Assembly (NCBI GenBank): GCA_963777955.1
Contig: CAVZSQ010000001.1
Span: 32,001 to 96,000 of the forward strand
Reading direction: 5' to 3'
Origin: Calditrichia bacterium
GTDB lineage: Bacteria > Calditrichota > Calditrichia > JAJRVZ01
DNA length: 64,000 nucleotides
Numbering within the stretch: the first letter of the stretch is position 1; every line of letters begins with the position of its first letter. Both the position numbers and the translations under genes were made by a program. This document shows, piece by piece, positions 51,070 to 61,936 of this stretch. The notes beneath the pieces were generated by a model. That model saw only the letters and a list, made by a program, of their open reading frames with translations, did no database searches and had not been told where the DNA came from.

Positions 51070-51747
51070 ATGGAAGTCATTGCACTAAAAAGTATTCCTT
51101 TATTTTCTGATCTGTCGGATGCTGAACTGCAGGCGATTCATACTGATTCCTGCCGTCAATTTCATAAAAAGAATACCATGATTTTATTTGAAGAGCAGAT
51201 CGATTCGAAATTATTTGTAGTGCTGAAGGGGAGGGTCAAGGAGACCGGCATCAGTGAAGACGGGCGGGAAGCCATCTTTGCCTTCTACGCCGAGGGGGAT
51301 TTCTTCGGTGAAATGGCCATCTTCGGCGATCAGGGCCGTACCACCAACATCGTTACCTGTGAAGATTCTTATATTCTTTCCCTGCAGCATGATAACCTGC
51401 AATCCATACTCCGGAGGTGTCCGGGGATTTTCATTAATCTGCTTAAGGAGATGACTCAGCGCCTGCGGCGTAAAGGGGAACAGATTAAAAGTATGGTTTT
51501 TCAGGATGCTACGGGCAAGTTGGCTAATACCTTGCTGCAATTTACTGAAAATCTGGGCGATCTTAACCGGGGGCTGGTCGAAATTACCCGTTTACCGGCA
51601 CAAAAAGATATTGCCAGCATGGTCGGCACCAGCCGGGAAACGATTTCCCGCTCCATGCGCCTGCTGATTAACAAAGGTTTCATAACCAAAGACGGCGGTC
51701 GACTGGTGATCTGCGATTATGCAAATTTCAGGGCTAATTTTATATAA
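51070..51747 (+). CDS. Crp/Fnr family transcriptional regulator
   Basis: cNMP domain FFGEMAI..RTT and HTH IASMVGTSRETISR. Confidence 0.93.
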   Translation: MEVIALKSIPLFSDLSDAELQAIHTDSCRQFHKKNTMILFEEQIDSKLFVVLKGRVKETGISEDGREAIFAFYAEGDFFGEMAIFGDQGRTTNIVTCEDSYILSLQHDNLQSILRRCPGIFINLLKEMTQRLRRKGEQIKSMVFQDATGKLANTLLQFTENLGDLNRGLVEITRLPAQKDIASMVGTSRETISRSMRLLINKGFITKDGGRLVICDYANFRANFI

Positions 51748-51782
51748 AGCTGACTGGTAATTGAGAAATCTAAATTATAACC

Positions 51783-51872
51783 GGGATCCCGGCTCGGGGG
51801 CCGGGATGACGTTTTCCCAGTCTTGTCATCCCGGGCATGTCGAAGCCCTGGCGTAGACATGACCCGGGATCT
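51783..51872. repeat. Inverted pair of GTCATCCCGG...GGATC REP-like units, one with a nested insert
   Basis: GGATCCCGGC..GCCGGGATGAC and GTCATCCCGGGCATGTCGAAGCCCTGGCGTAGACATGACCCGGGATCT; homologous to 16972-17020. Confidence 0.75.
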
Positions 51873-51985
51873 GATTAATTTAGTTTTAAAGAAACTGAGG
51901 TAACCTCATGTTTATCAAGTTTTTTTGCTTCCTGCCGATCTTTATTGTTAATTTGGGATTGATTTAACCTATTCGACCAGGGTCC

Positions 51986-54313
51986 ATGCTCTATCACAAC
52001 TATAATATATTAAATATCTATAATCCGGCCAACCAGACCAAAAGCGAATTGCTGGAAAATTTCGTGGTCCGCCTGCGTGAATTTGAACATCTAGCCAACC
52101 AGATTAAATCGGATAAGATGAAAAATCCATCCAGGCACTATCTGCTGCTGGGACAGCGCGGCAGCGGTAAAACAACACTGCTGTTACGACTGTACCATGA
52201 AATCAGTGACGCCCCCGAAGTAAATCAATGGCTGATCCCTGTCCGCTTCGATGAAGAACAGTACCATATCCGCACCGTCTGTAAATTATGGGAAAATGTC
52301 GCTCTGCAACTGGAAGAAGAAAAGGATGAAAAATTTTTTGGTCTGTATGAACAAATGCAGAACCATATTGATGATCCGGATTACCCGCAGCAATGCTATT
52401 ACTATCTGAAGGAGTCCCTGCATCAGCAGAACAAGAAACTGATCCTGTTCATCGATAATCTCGGAGACATGATCAACAAATTTGAGAGTGCCGAACAACA
52501 ACAGTTGCGTGAGATTCTGATTAAAGACAATGATATACGTATCATCGGCAGTTCTTCGTTTACGCTCGATTATTATGCCCCCGTCTCCAAACCTCTTTTT
52601 GATTTTTTTAAAGTTATTCTTTTAAACGGCCTGGACCGTAAGGAAACCATCAATCTGCTGTTGAAACTGGGCGAGCATTACCAGTTGGATTCGATCAAAG
52701 ATATAGTACAAAACGAACCGGGGCGGATTGAATCGCTGCGCCGCTTAACCGGCGGGGTTCCGCGCACTATCGTGCTGCTTTTTGAAATCTTTGTTGATAA
52801 TGAAAGCGGTGATTCCTTCCGTGACCTGGAAATAATACTGGACCGGGTAACTCCGTTATATAAGCACCGCATGGACGATCTGTCGGCACAGCAACAGGAA
52901 ATTGTGCATACCATCGCCATGAACTGGGATGCCGTGGGGGTCAGGGAAATTTCCAGAGATATTCACATGGAGAGCAAGGCAGTATCGGCCCAATTAAAAC
53001 AACTCGAAGAAAATAATGTCGTGATTAAAATTCGTACCCGGATCAAGAATCATTTTTATCAGGTCAATGAACGGTTTTTCAATATCTGGTATTTAATGCG
53101 CTATGGCCGGCGCAAAGAAAGGAACAGGGTTCTGTGGCTGGTGCGCTTTCTGGAAAACTGGTGCAGTAAAGAAGAACTGATTCTAAGGGCCGAACGGCAC
53201 CTGCAGGCTTTGAAGTCTGGTGTGCTTTATGAAAAACACGCCCTGTATATGACCGAAGCACTGGCCGGTACTTCCATTCCGGACGAATTGCAGTATAATC
53301 TGATCCTGGAAACCAGAAAATTGTTAAGTGAAAAAAACAAGGATCTGATCACTGAACTGACCAAATCGGACCGTGAACTTTATAATGCTTTTACCCATAA
53401 TTATGCTGAAAAAAAATACCAGGCAGCCCTGCGTAATTTGCTGGATATCAGAAGTAAAACTGACTTTGTGGACGGCATGATCGGTTTTCTGTATGAAATG
53501 TACCTGAACGATATCAGCAGGGCCGAAGAGTATTATCTCTCGGCAATTGCCAAGGGCAATACCCGCATGGTCTTCAACCTGGCCAATCTGTATGATACCG
53601 GATTCAAGGATCCGAACAAGGCCGAAGCACAATATTTGCTGGCCTACAAGAAAGGAAATATCGAGGCGCTCTTCAGATTGGGATTACTATATGAAAGTAA
53701 ATTGAAGGATTTTAAAAAAGCGATTACCTATTATACCCTGGCTACCGAGAAGGGCAATGGCGATGCCATGAATAACCTGGCCCTGCTGTATCAGAAGATC
53801 TTCAAGGACTATGACCAGGCGATCCGTTATTACAGCCTGGCCGTGGAAATCGGACATATTCAGGCTATGAATAATCTGGCCTGGCTGTACTTCATCAAGA
53901 AAATAAATAAAACAGATGCCCTGCAACTGATGACCCGGGCAGTGAGTAAGGAAAATGTACCGGTCAATGAATATGTCTGTACCATGATTATGCTGTGGAA
54001 TAATCGTTTTGAGGAAGCATTACAGCGTGCCCGCGAATTCATCAACCAGGAGGAAATTCTGACCAATTTCAGTGCCGGGATTGAACCTTTCCTGATGCTG
54101 ATGATGGCTAAAAAACAATTTGACTATCTTTACCGGTTATTTACCGAAAACCGCTTTGATATTAAAGATAAATATAAACCTATCTACTACGCCCTGATGT
54201 ATTTCATGCAGGACTCTGTCCCGGATGAGTACAAACGCATGGGTACCGAACTTAAACAGACGGTTGACGAGATCATCGATCAAATTTACCAGATGGCCAT
54301 TGATTATTCTTAA
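51986..54313 (+). CDS. STAND-like P-loop ATPase with winged helix and Sel1/TPR repeats
   Basis: Walker A GQRGSGKT, Walker B LILFIDN, GGVPR (GxP) motif, wHTH (SKAVSAQLKQL), AMNNLA Sel1 repeats. Confidence 0.85.
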   Translation: MLYHNYNILNIYNPANQTKSELLENFVVRLREFEHLANQIKSDKMKNPSRHYLLLGQRGSGKTTLLLRLYHEISDAPEVNQWLIPVRFDEEQYHIRTVCKLWENVALQLEEEKDEKFFGLYEQMQNHIDDPDYPQQCYYYLKESLHQQNKKLILFIDNLGDMINKFESAEQQQLREILIKDNDIRIIGSSSFTLDYYAPVSKPLFDFFKVILLNGLDRKETINLLLKLGEHYQLDSIKDIVQNEPGRIESLRRLTGGVPRTIVLLFEIFVDNESGDSFRDLEIILDRVTPLYKHRMDDLSAQQQEIVHTIAMNWDAVGVREISRDIHMESKAVSAQLKQLEENNVVIKIRTRIKNHFYQVNERFFNIWYLMRYGRRKERNRVLWLVRFLENWCSKEELILRAERHLQALKSGVLYEKHALYMTEALAGTSIPDELQYNLILETRKLLSEKNKDLITELTKSDRELYNAFTHNYAEKKYQAALRNLLDIRSKTDFVDGMIGFLYEMYLNDISRAEEYYLSAIAKGNTRMVFNLANLYDTGFKDPNKAEAQYLLAYKKGNIEALFRLGLLYESKLKDFKKAITYYTLATEKGNGDAMNNLALLYQKIFKDYDQAIRYYSLAVEIGHIQAMNNLAWLYFIKKINKTDALQLMTRAVSKENVPVNEYVCTMIMLWNNRFEEALQRAREFINQEEILTNFSAGIEPFLMLMMAKKQFDYLYRLFTENRFDIKDKYKPIYYALMYFMQDSVPDEYKRMGTELKQTVDEIIDQIYQMAIDYS

Positions 54314-54422
54314 ACACACATAAATCTTTCGAATCACAAAATAAATTTCGTAATTTAAGCGTTGTAAAAATGTAAATTGAGATTCCGGCTCTCGCCGGGA
54401 TAGCACTATCTGACCAAAAAAA

Positions 54423-54450
54423 GTAGGGACAGGTCGCGACCTGTCCCTAC
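54423..54450. repeat. GTAG-family REP, perfect 28-bp palindrome
   Basis: GTAGGGACAGGTCGCGACCTGTCCCTAC. Confidence 0.85.
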
Positions 54451-54486
54451 GGTAAATACATTTTAATTCTGATGTGGAGGATATTG

Positions 54487-56747
54487 ATGAAATTCGGACT
54501 GATGGCGATTTATCTTGCTCTGGCCGCTACAATTATATCCGCTATTTTTTATTTCCAGCACGCCTGGAAAGAACAAAATAGTACAACTCGTGAAAAGAAA
54601 AAATCGGCTGCGAAATCCGATTCAAGTCTGCTTAATGCCCGTCTAACCTATTATCTGGCCTGCAGTTTTATTGCTGTAGCCGTTCTGTATCTCTTTTACC
54701 TGATCATCACGCATAATTTTCAGGTCAGCTATGTGTACCAGTATACTTCGCGGGATTTGCCTTTCGGTATTCTGCTCTCCACCTTCTGGGCCGGCCAGGA
54801 AGGTTCATTCTTATTATGGACCCTGTATACTGCTGTAATGGGGATCGTGCTGATCAGAACCAGTAAAATGTTCGAGAACGTGGCCATGGTGCTGGTAAAC
54901 ATTGTGCAAATCTTCTTTTTGCTCTTATTGATACAGGCCAGCCCGTTCCGCCTGATGGCCGAACATCACAGCGAAGGCGCCGGCCTGAATCCACTGCTGC
55001 AGAATTTCTGGATGATCATTCATCCGCCGATACTTTTTGTCGGTTATGCCGCTATTACTTTTCCCTTTGTGCTGGCCCTTGCTTCCTTGCTTAAAAAGGA
55101 ATATGACGCCTGGACCCAGGCGGCCCTGTCCTGGACGGTCTTTGCAGCCCTGACCCTGGGGGCGGGTATTATTATCGGCGGATTCTGGGCGTATGAAACC
55201 CTTGGCTGGGGCGGTTATTGGGGCTGGGACCCTGTGGAAAATTCCTCGCTGATCCCCTGGCTGACTACGCTGGCCTTGCTGCACAGCCTGATTATCCAAA
55301 AAAGAAGCGGTGCCCTCAGAAGAACCAATTACCTCTTAGCTATTTTATCATATCTGCTGGTGGTCTATGCCACTTTTCTTACCCGCAGCGGAGTGCTGGC
55401 TGATTTTTCGGTTCATTCCTTCAGCGACCTGGGTATTAACTCCTTCCTGATCATATACATGATTGCCATGCTGCTGATTGGTTTCTGGATATTCATCTTA
55501 CGCTCAAGAACGCTGCCCAAACAACCGGTTGATTTGTCAACTCCGAACCGCGAGAATGCCCTGGTGGGAAGTCTGTGGCTTTTCTCGGCCGCCGCCCTGC
55601 TGACCTTTATCGGTACTTCTTCTCCGCTGATCACGGGTCTGCTGGGTCAGGCCTCGCAGGTTGACACTTCCTTCTACAATAAGATGAATCTGCCCGTGGG
55701 TATTCTCATGGCACTCCTGCTGGGTATAACGCCATTCCTGTACTGGGCAGAAAAGGACGTGCGTACCATTCCCCGGCGCCTGATGGTTCCGGTTTTACTG
55801 GGACTTATTTCTGCGGTGGCGATCTGGCTGACGGGTTTGCGGGAATACCTGCTGATCCTGTTTATCTTTACGGCTGTGTTTGCCCTGGTCAGCAATCTGA
55901 TAGTCCTGTTCAGGCAGGGCAGAATCAGCTGGCAATCCACGGCTGCACCCCTGGCTCATTTTGGCGTGGGCATCATTTTTATCGGGATTATCGTCTCCGG
56001 CAACTTTGCCAGTAGTGAGCAACTCATATTACCCAAAAACCAACCAGTGAAAGCACTCGGTTATCAACTGACGTTTCAGGGATTGGACGAGGCCGCGGAT
56101 GGCAAGAATATCGCCACCGTCCACCTGAGCAATGGAAAAAAAGAAAGACTGGCCAGACCCAGACTCTATGTCTCGGCTTCTAATCGCCAGTTAATGCGTG
56201 AACCCGACGTTGTTGCCGGATTTCTGTACGATCTGTATCTATCACCGTTGGAGCACCGTTCTGGTCATACTCATGACCGGTCCATACAACTGAAAAAAGG
56301 GGAGCGGATACAAGTAGATGGTTATGATGTACTCTTTACCGGGTTTGAGGTCGCCAATCACCAGGAAACAGGCGCGTTCAGCGTCGGCGCGATACTGGAA
56401 GTGACCTTTAATAACCGGACTGAGGTAATCAAACCGGTGCTGTTAATCGGGGAAAAAGGGAAGCAATCCAGACCCGCGGTACTACCTGTGGAAAGAGAGA
56501 ATACCAGCGCAGCAGCACCGACCGTTATATTGAATGATCTAAATGCCGACCAGAAGATTGTGGCCCTGGTTTTCACCGGAACAGCAACTGCAGGCTGCAG
56601 CTGCGTGCTGCACAATCCGCAACGGTTACTGATGAACTGGTGGTGGAATTCAGTAAAAAACCGTTTATGAGCATTCTGTGGAGCGGAACAGTTTTACTGT
56701 TGCTGGGAACGCTGATTGCCTTCAGGAAAAGGGTAGGCGGAAATTAA
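54487..56747 (+). CDS. ccmF: Cytochrome c biogenesis heme lyase CcmF (frameshift near the C-terminus)
   Basis: WAGQEGS, GLNPLLQN, IHPP, WAYETLGWGGYWGWDPVEN, SVHSF; terminal KPFMSILWSG in the next frame. Confidence 0.92.
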
Positions 56748-56781
56748 ATTACTTTATGAAATATATTTCACCAGCAGCGGA

Positions 56782-57624
56782 TCATTTAAAACGGATAGAA
56801 TCCGCCAGATAAGAACCGAGTATTTTTACTTCCACACAGAAAAAGGCCAGTTCTTCCAGGGCCAGCTGAACTGACTTATCCTTTTGGTGTCCCTGAAAAG
56901 TAACGAAGAAATGCGCTTTACGCGTGATATGCGGCGGGATGTAGCTTTCCAATTTTAGCAGATTAATTTTATTGGTGGCAAATCCGCCCAGGGCTTTGTA
57001 CAAAGCAGCAGGAATATGCCGGGTGGAGAAGATGACCGAGGTCACCACCTTGCCGCTGGCGGGATCCGGATCAACGGGTTCACGTCCCAGGCATACAAAG
57101 AGCGTTTTATTATCCGGACTGTCTTCCATGTTCCGTTTAATGATTTTAAGGTTATACTCCTGTGCCGCCAGCTCCGATGCCACGGCAGCTTTGCTCAGAT
57201 CCTGCCATTCGGCCACATCATGGGCGGCCAGAGCCGTATCGGCATAATCGTGCATCTGGATTTTCAACTGGCGCAAAGTCTGGCGGCATTGCAATAGCGC
57301 CTGCGGGTGGGAATAAACATGCCGCAGATCTTCCAGTTTCGACGCGGGAATTGCCAGCAGATGTTGTTCAATGGCTTGAATGTATTCACCGATAATGTAC
57401 AGGTCCATTTGTGGCAGCAAACTATGAATTTCCGCCACGCGGCCGGTTTGTGAATTTTCAATCGGTACCATACCCATGGCAGCCTGCCCGCTGCGCACGG
57501 CTTCGAATACATCTTCAAAAGAGGGCAGAGGCATAGTCTGTTTATCGGGATAAGCCTGGCGACAGGCTGCTTCCGAATGTGCGGCGCGTATACCCTGAAA
57601 GGCGATATAATTTGCTGGATTCAT
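56782..57624 (-). CDS. pheA: Prephenate dehydratase (monofunctional, ACT domain)
   Basis: IAFQG, PIENS, SHPQAL.QC, DTA.AA, PAALYKALGGFATN..LKLESY. Confidence 0.92.
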   Translation of the reverse strand: MNPANYIAFQGIRAAHSEAACRQAYPDKQTMPLPSFEDVFEAVRSGQAAMGMVPIENSQTGRVAEIHSLLPQMDLYIIGEYIQAIEQHLLAIPASKLEDLRHVYSHPQALLQCRQTLRQLKIQMHDYADTALAAHDVAEWQDLSKAAVASELAAQEYNLKIIKRNMEDSPDNKTLFVCLGREPVDPDPASGKVVTSVIFSTRHIPAALYKALGGFATNKINLLKLESYIPPHITRKAHFFVTFQGHQKDKSVQLALEELAFFCVEVKILGSYLADSIRFK

Positions 57625-57795
57625 ATTTCCTTCTTATTCGTTAGCTGCAGAACAGCGGATTCCCTAATATTATAAAAAAAACTGTTAATAATGCAAACGG
57701 GATTATTAATTGTAGCACATTAATGCGCTGAGAATTAAATTTCTGTTTGTTAATGTATCAGTAATAACCGACGCCTTCAATAAAAAGGATTAAAC

Positions 57796-59768
57796 ATGCA
57801 GAATTTTACCGGAAGATCTTACGGGTTCCTGCTGATTTTGTTAATCGGATTCGCTTTCTTCTGTAAGAAAGCAAGCGAACAGGAATCGTTACAACAGGCC
57901 CTGGATTTAAAAGATCCGCAGCAGCGCAGCAGTGCCCTGAGGCAGTTTGTAAAGGATTTTCCTGAAAGCAAAAACATCAAGCGGGCCTTTCAGCATATCT
58001 TCAGGAATGAAGCGGCGTTGGGTCGCGGCGAGGCCGCATTAGACGCAGCTGTCCGGTATTTAGCCCTGGTTCCAGCGGATGCCCGTATGCAGGATTATAA
58101 CAGTATGGCCTGGACGCTGGCGGAAAAAGGAATAGCCCTGGATTCGGCCAGGGTCTATGCTGAACGGGCTGTGCAATTAGGCCGTGAAAGCAATTACCGC
58201 CGCCTGGGAATGATTCTGGATACCTGGGCTTACACCCTGTTTAAAACCGGTGATGCAGCGTCTGCCGAAAAGATCCAGGTAGAAGCGATGCCCGGATATG
58301 AAGATGATGGCGACTTTTTAAGCCGCCTGGCTGAGTACCAGCATGCTAATAATAAAGGCACGGTTGCAGTTGGCACCATGGCCCGGGCCATACTGCTAGG
58401 CGCAGAAATGCCAGCTTTAAAAAACTTTAATGACTGGCTTAGCGAAGCAAGGCCGCAAACCGAAACCCGCCAGGCGCTGGCTAAAGAAATTGTAGAGCAG
58501 ACCATTGACGATTTTCTCAGGCAGAATAATACCCCGATATCCCGCAGCCAGGCCGCAATGTTGCTAGTCCGCACCGGAATTAACCTTGATCGCGCCGAAA
58601 AGTGGGCCGGGGAAGCCGTACAGGCGCTTGACAAAAATGCTTCTCCTGATGAACAAATACTTTTAAATAAAAATCTGGCCCTGGTCTATAAAACCAGAAA
58701 TGATTATGTGAGAATGATTGAAATTCTTGAACCCTGGCAGCAATTGGCCCTGCCCTATGATCAGGATTATTGGTTCAATCTGGGACTGGCCTATCAACAA
58801 ACCGGCCAGAAAGAGAAAACATTTCGGGCGGTATTGAGTGGTCTGGTGCTGGAGCCGAACGAAGAATTGCTATCCCTGGCAAAAAATTCGGGTTACACGG
58901 AAGCAGAAATTAATAACGCTGCAGGAAAATATAAACAGGAATTAATCTCCTTTAATCCCGGACAACACCCTGTCGTACAAGCAATATCTCCGAACGTGCA
59001 GTATTGACGGAATTGTTTACGGGTGCGGAGTGCGGTCCATGTGTCGGTGCCGACAAAGCCCTGGATTTACTGGCTGAATATTACCCGCGGCAAACCATGG
59101 TACTTTTGGAATACCACCTGCATATACCCGGTCCCGATCCCCTGACTAATACATTCTCTGAAGCCCGCTATGGATTTTATGGCAGGGATTTTGGAACTCC
59201 CACCGTTTTTATGAATGGTCTGAGCAACCATGCCGGAGGTGGACCGGAACTGGTGAAAAAAAGTTTATTCTTCCGGTATGAACAGGTAATTGAGAAATAT
59301 AAAACTTTGCCGTCCCGGATTACACTTGTTCTTTCTGCAGAACAGCAGAATCAGTCGATCCAGATCAAAGGTAAAGTATCTTCGTCAGACAAAGCAGAGA
59401 AATCTCCGCTCAACCTCTACATCGCCCTGGCAGAAAAGAGTGTGAACTATACCGGTGCGAATGGAATATCACAGCATGCTTTTGTCGTAAGGTACATGGT
59501 TAACCAGGGAACCGGTATCCCGGTTATATTTAAAGATGGTGAAAGCTCAATTGCTGAAACGATCAATTTGCAGAATGTGAACGATAGTATTATTAAATAT
59601 CTTGATGACTTCGCTAAAAATCCGCCTGAACGCTATAAAAACTTTCCAGGCTGGAGTGTGCGACCCGACAATCCTGATCCGTTGAATCTGGCTGTGGTAA
59701 TCTGGGTTCAGAACGAAACGAGCAAGGAAGTTTATCAGGCTGCCTATCAGGAATTAAATAAACAATAA
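57796..59768 (+). CDS. Exported TPR protein fused to an Omp28/DUF1223-like thioredoxin-fold domain (frameshift ~58990)
   Basis: TPRs (NSMAW, ILDTWAY), then ELFTGAECGPC, YHLH, GTPTVFMNG and an Ig-like tail. Confidence 0.7.
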
Positions 59769-59797
59769 TTCAGGTTCAAAAAGTAAAGAGCATCATT

Positions 59798-60724
59798 ATG
59801 GAACAACAACCGGAAAAATTGGAACGAATTCAGGTGGCGGCCCTTGATGAAATCCTGGGCAAACCATTTAAAGTTTTAAATGATGGTTTCGTACGCCTGA
59901 TCGATTATCTGGGATCCGACTCGTCCATTGTCCAGGCAGCGCGGGTTTCTTACGGCAAGGGTACCAAAAAGATCCAGGAAGACCGTGGCTTGATCCGCTA
60001 CCTGTTGCGTCACGACCATACTACACCGTTTGAAATGTGCGAAATTAAATTGCATCTGCGGGTGCCGATGGATTGCTGGCGTCAATGGATCAGGCATCGT
60101 ACAGCCAACATAAATGAATATTCCACCCGCTATTCGGTGGCAATCGATGCCATGCAGACAACTCAACCGGATGAATGGCGGTTGCAGGCCCAGACCAATC
60201 GCCAGGGCAGTGAAGGCTTGCTGGATGTGCAGAAAGGAACAGAATTGAGCCAGCAGGAACAGGAGATCCAGGACCTGGCCCGTAAACTGTATGAACGGCG
60301 ACTCGAATTGGGAGTGGCCAGAGAACAGGCCCGCAAGGATCTGCCCCTGTCCACTTTTACCGAAGCCTACTGGAAAATCGATTTGCATAACCTGCTGCAC
60401 TTCCTGGAATTGCGCATGGCTGCGAACGCCCAGTATGAAATCAGGCAGTATGCTAATACGATCGGACAGGAAATCGTCAAGCGCTGGTGCCCGCTGTGTT
60501 GGGAAGGCTTCCGGGATTACCGTATCGAAGCATTATCCCTTTCCCGCCTGGAAAATGAAGTTATTAAAGCGTTGAACAGGGGAGAAAAGGACCAGGCCAT
60601 TAAACTGGCGGAAGAATTTGGCTGGCTCGCCTATAAAAATGGCAAGTTGACAAAGAATATCGAAAGAGGGGAAGTGGAAGAAAAACTTAAAAAACTGAAT
60701 TTTCCGATACCCTGGGCGGATTAA
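59798..60724 (+). CDS. thyX: FAD-dependent thymidylate synthase
   Basis: AARVSY, HTTPFE, RQWIRHR, NEYSTRY, AREQARKDLP. Confidence 0.96.
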   Translation: MEQQPEKLERIQVAALDEILGKPFKVLNDGFVRLIDYLGSDSSIVQAARVSYGKGTKKIQEDRGLIRYLLRHDHTTPFEMCEIKLHLRVPMDCWRQWIRHRTANINEYSTRYSVAIDAMQTTQPDEWRLQAQTNRQGSEGLLDVQKGTELSQQEQEIQDLARKLYERRLELGVAREQARKDLPLSTFTEAYWKIDLHNLLHFLELRMAANAQYEIRQYANTIGQEIVKRWCPLCWEGFRDYRIEALSLSRLENEVIKALNRGEKDQAIKLAEEFGWLAYKNGKLTKNIERGEVEEKLKKLNFPIPWAD

Positions 60725-60867
60725 TATTTTTAACCATAATCCGGCACTATTTGTTTGAATCCGCGTTAAATACAATAATGGTTCTGATTTACCCGGAATA
60801 TTTAAAGCGGTAATGATTGTTATTAGCAGAACTGAACATTTAATTTAAATCAGGATAAAATTTTATC

Positions 60868-61920
60868 ATGCCGATACAGGCCGATACAGTCAACGAAACA
60901 TATATATTAATGCAGCGGAAGTTGCACCATTTGATACCGGATGCCGAGATCAGGTATAAATCTGAATTGGTTTTTCAGATAAACCGTCTGAAAAAAGAAA
61001 GAGGGGCAGTGATACTGGGGCATAATTACATGGAACCGGCACTCTATCATACCGTGCCCGATATTGTCGGTGATTCCCTGGAACTGAGCCGGGCGGCAGC
61101 CAGCACTACCGGTGATCCGATTGTATTCTGCGGTGTGCGCTTCATGGCCGAAACAGCAAAAATTCTGAATCCGCAAAAAACTGTACTGTTACCTGCCAAA
61201 AAAGCAGGGTGTTCACTGGCTGAAAGTATTACTGCCGCTGACGTCCGTCAATTACGCCATAAATATCCCGGCATCCCGGTGGTTACTTATATCAATACAT
61301 ATGCCGATGTGAAAGCAGAATCTGATATTTGTTGTACTTCCGGCAACGCGGCGAAGATTGTGCAGAGTTTAGGCAGTGAACGGGTGATTTTCCTGCCGGA
61401 TGAATATCTGGCCGGAAATGTGGCCCGGGAAACCAATAAAAAAATTATTTTTCCCTCTCATAAACCACGTTCCCGCAGCAAACATGAAAATCTGGAATTT
61501 GAGATATTGGGCTGGCATGGAAAGTGCGAAGTACATGAACGTTTTACGGTAGAAGATATTAAAAATATTCGTAAACAGTTCCCCGACGTCATGGTACTGG
61601 CTCATCCTGAATGCCGGCCGGATGTGATTGCCGCGTCAGATTTTTCGGGAAGTACTTCTAAAATGATTGCCTATGTCCAGAAAAGCAATGCACCCCGCTA
61701 TCTGTTACTCACCGAATGCAGTATGGGCGATAATATTGTGGCTGAAAATCCTGAAAAAGAGATGGTCCGTTTGTGCAATATTCGTTGTCCGCATATGAAT
61801 GAAATTACTCTGGAAGAAACGCTGGATTCCCTGCGCTATAATCAGTATATAATCGAAGTACCTGCGGCTATTATGGTAAAAGCCAGAAAAGCCATTGACC
61901 GTATGCTGGAGTTATCTTAG
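60868..61920 (+). CDS. nadA: Quinolinate synthase
   Basis: ILGHNY, GDSLEL, FCGVRFMAETAK, AGCSLA, YINT, HPEC, CPHM. Confidence 0.96.
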   Translation: MPIQADTVNETYILMQRKLHHLIPDAEIRYKSELVFQINRLKKERGAVILGHNYMEPALYHTVPDIVGDSLELSRAAASTTGDPIVFCGVRFMAETAKILNPQKTVLLPAKKAGCSLAESITAADVRQLRHKYPGIPVVTYINTYADVKAESDICCTSGNAAKIVQSLGSERVIFLPDEYLAGNVARETNKKIIFPSHKPRSRSKHENLEFEILGWHGKCEVHERFTVEDIKNIRKQFPDVMVLAHPECRPDVIAASDFSGSTSKMIAYVQKSNAPRYLLLTECSMGDNIVAENPEKEMVRLCNIRCPHMNEITLEETLDSLRYNQYIIEVPAAIMVKARKAIDRMLELS

Positions 61921-61936
61921 CCCGCTCATCAGTCTG

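Noticed and set aside
60725..60867. NAD riboswitch upstream of nadA
   Set aside because: No recognisable conserved stems by eye; an Rfam scan would be needed to exclude it fully.
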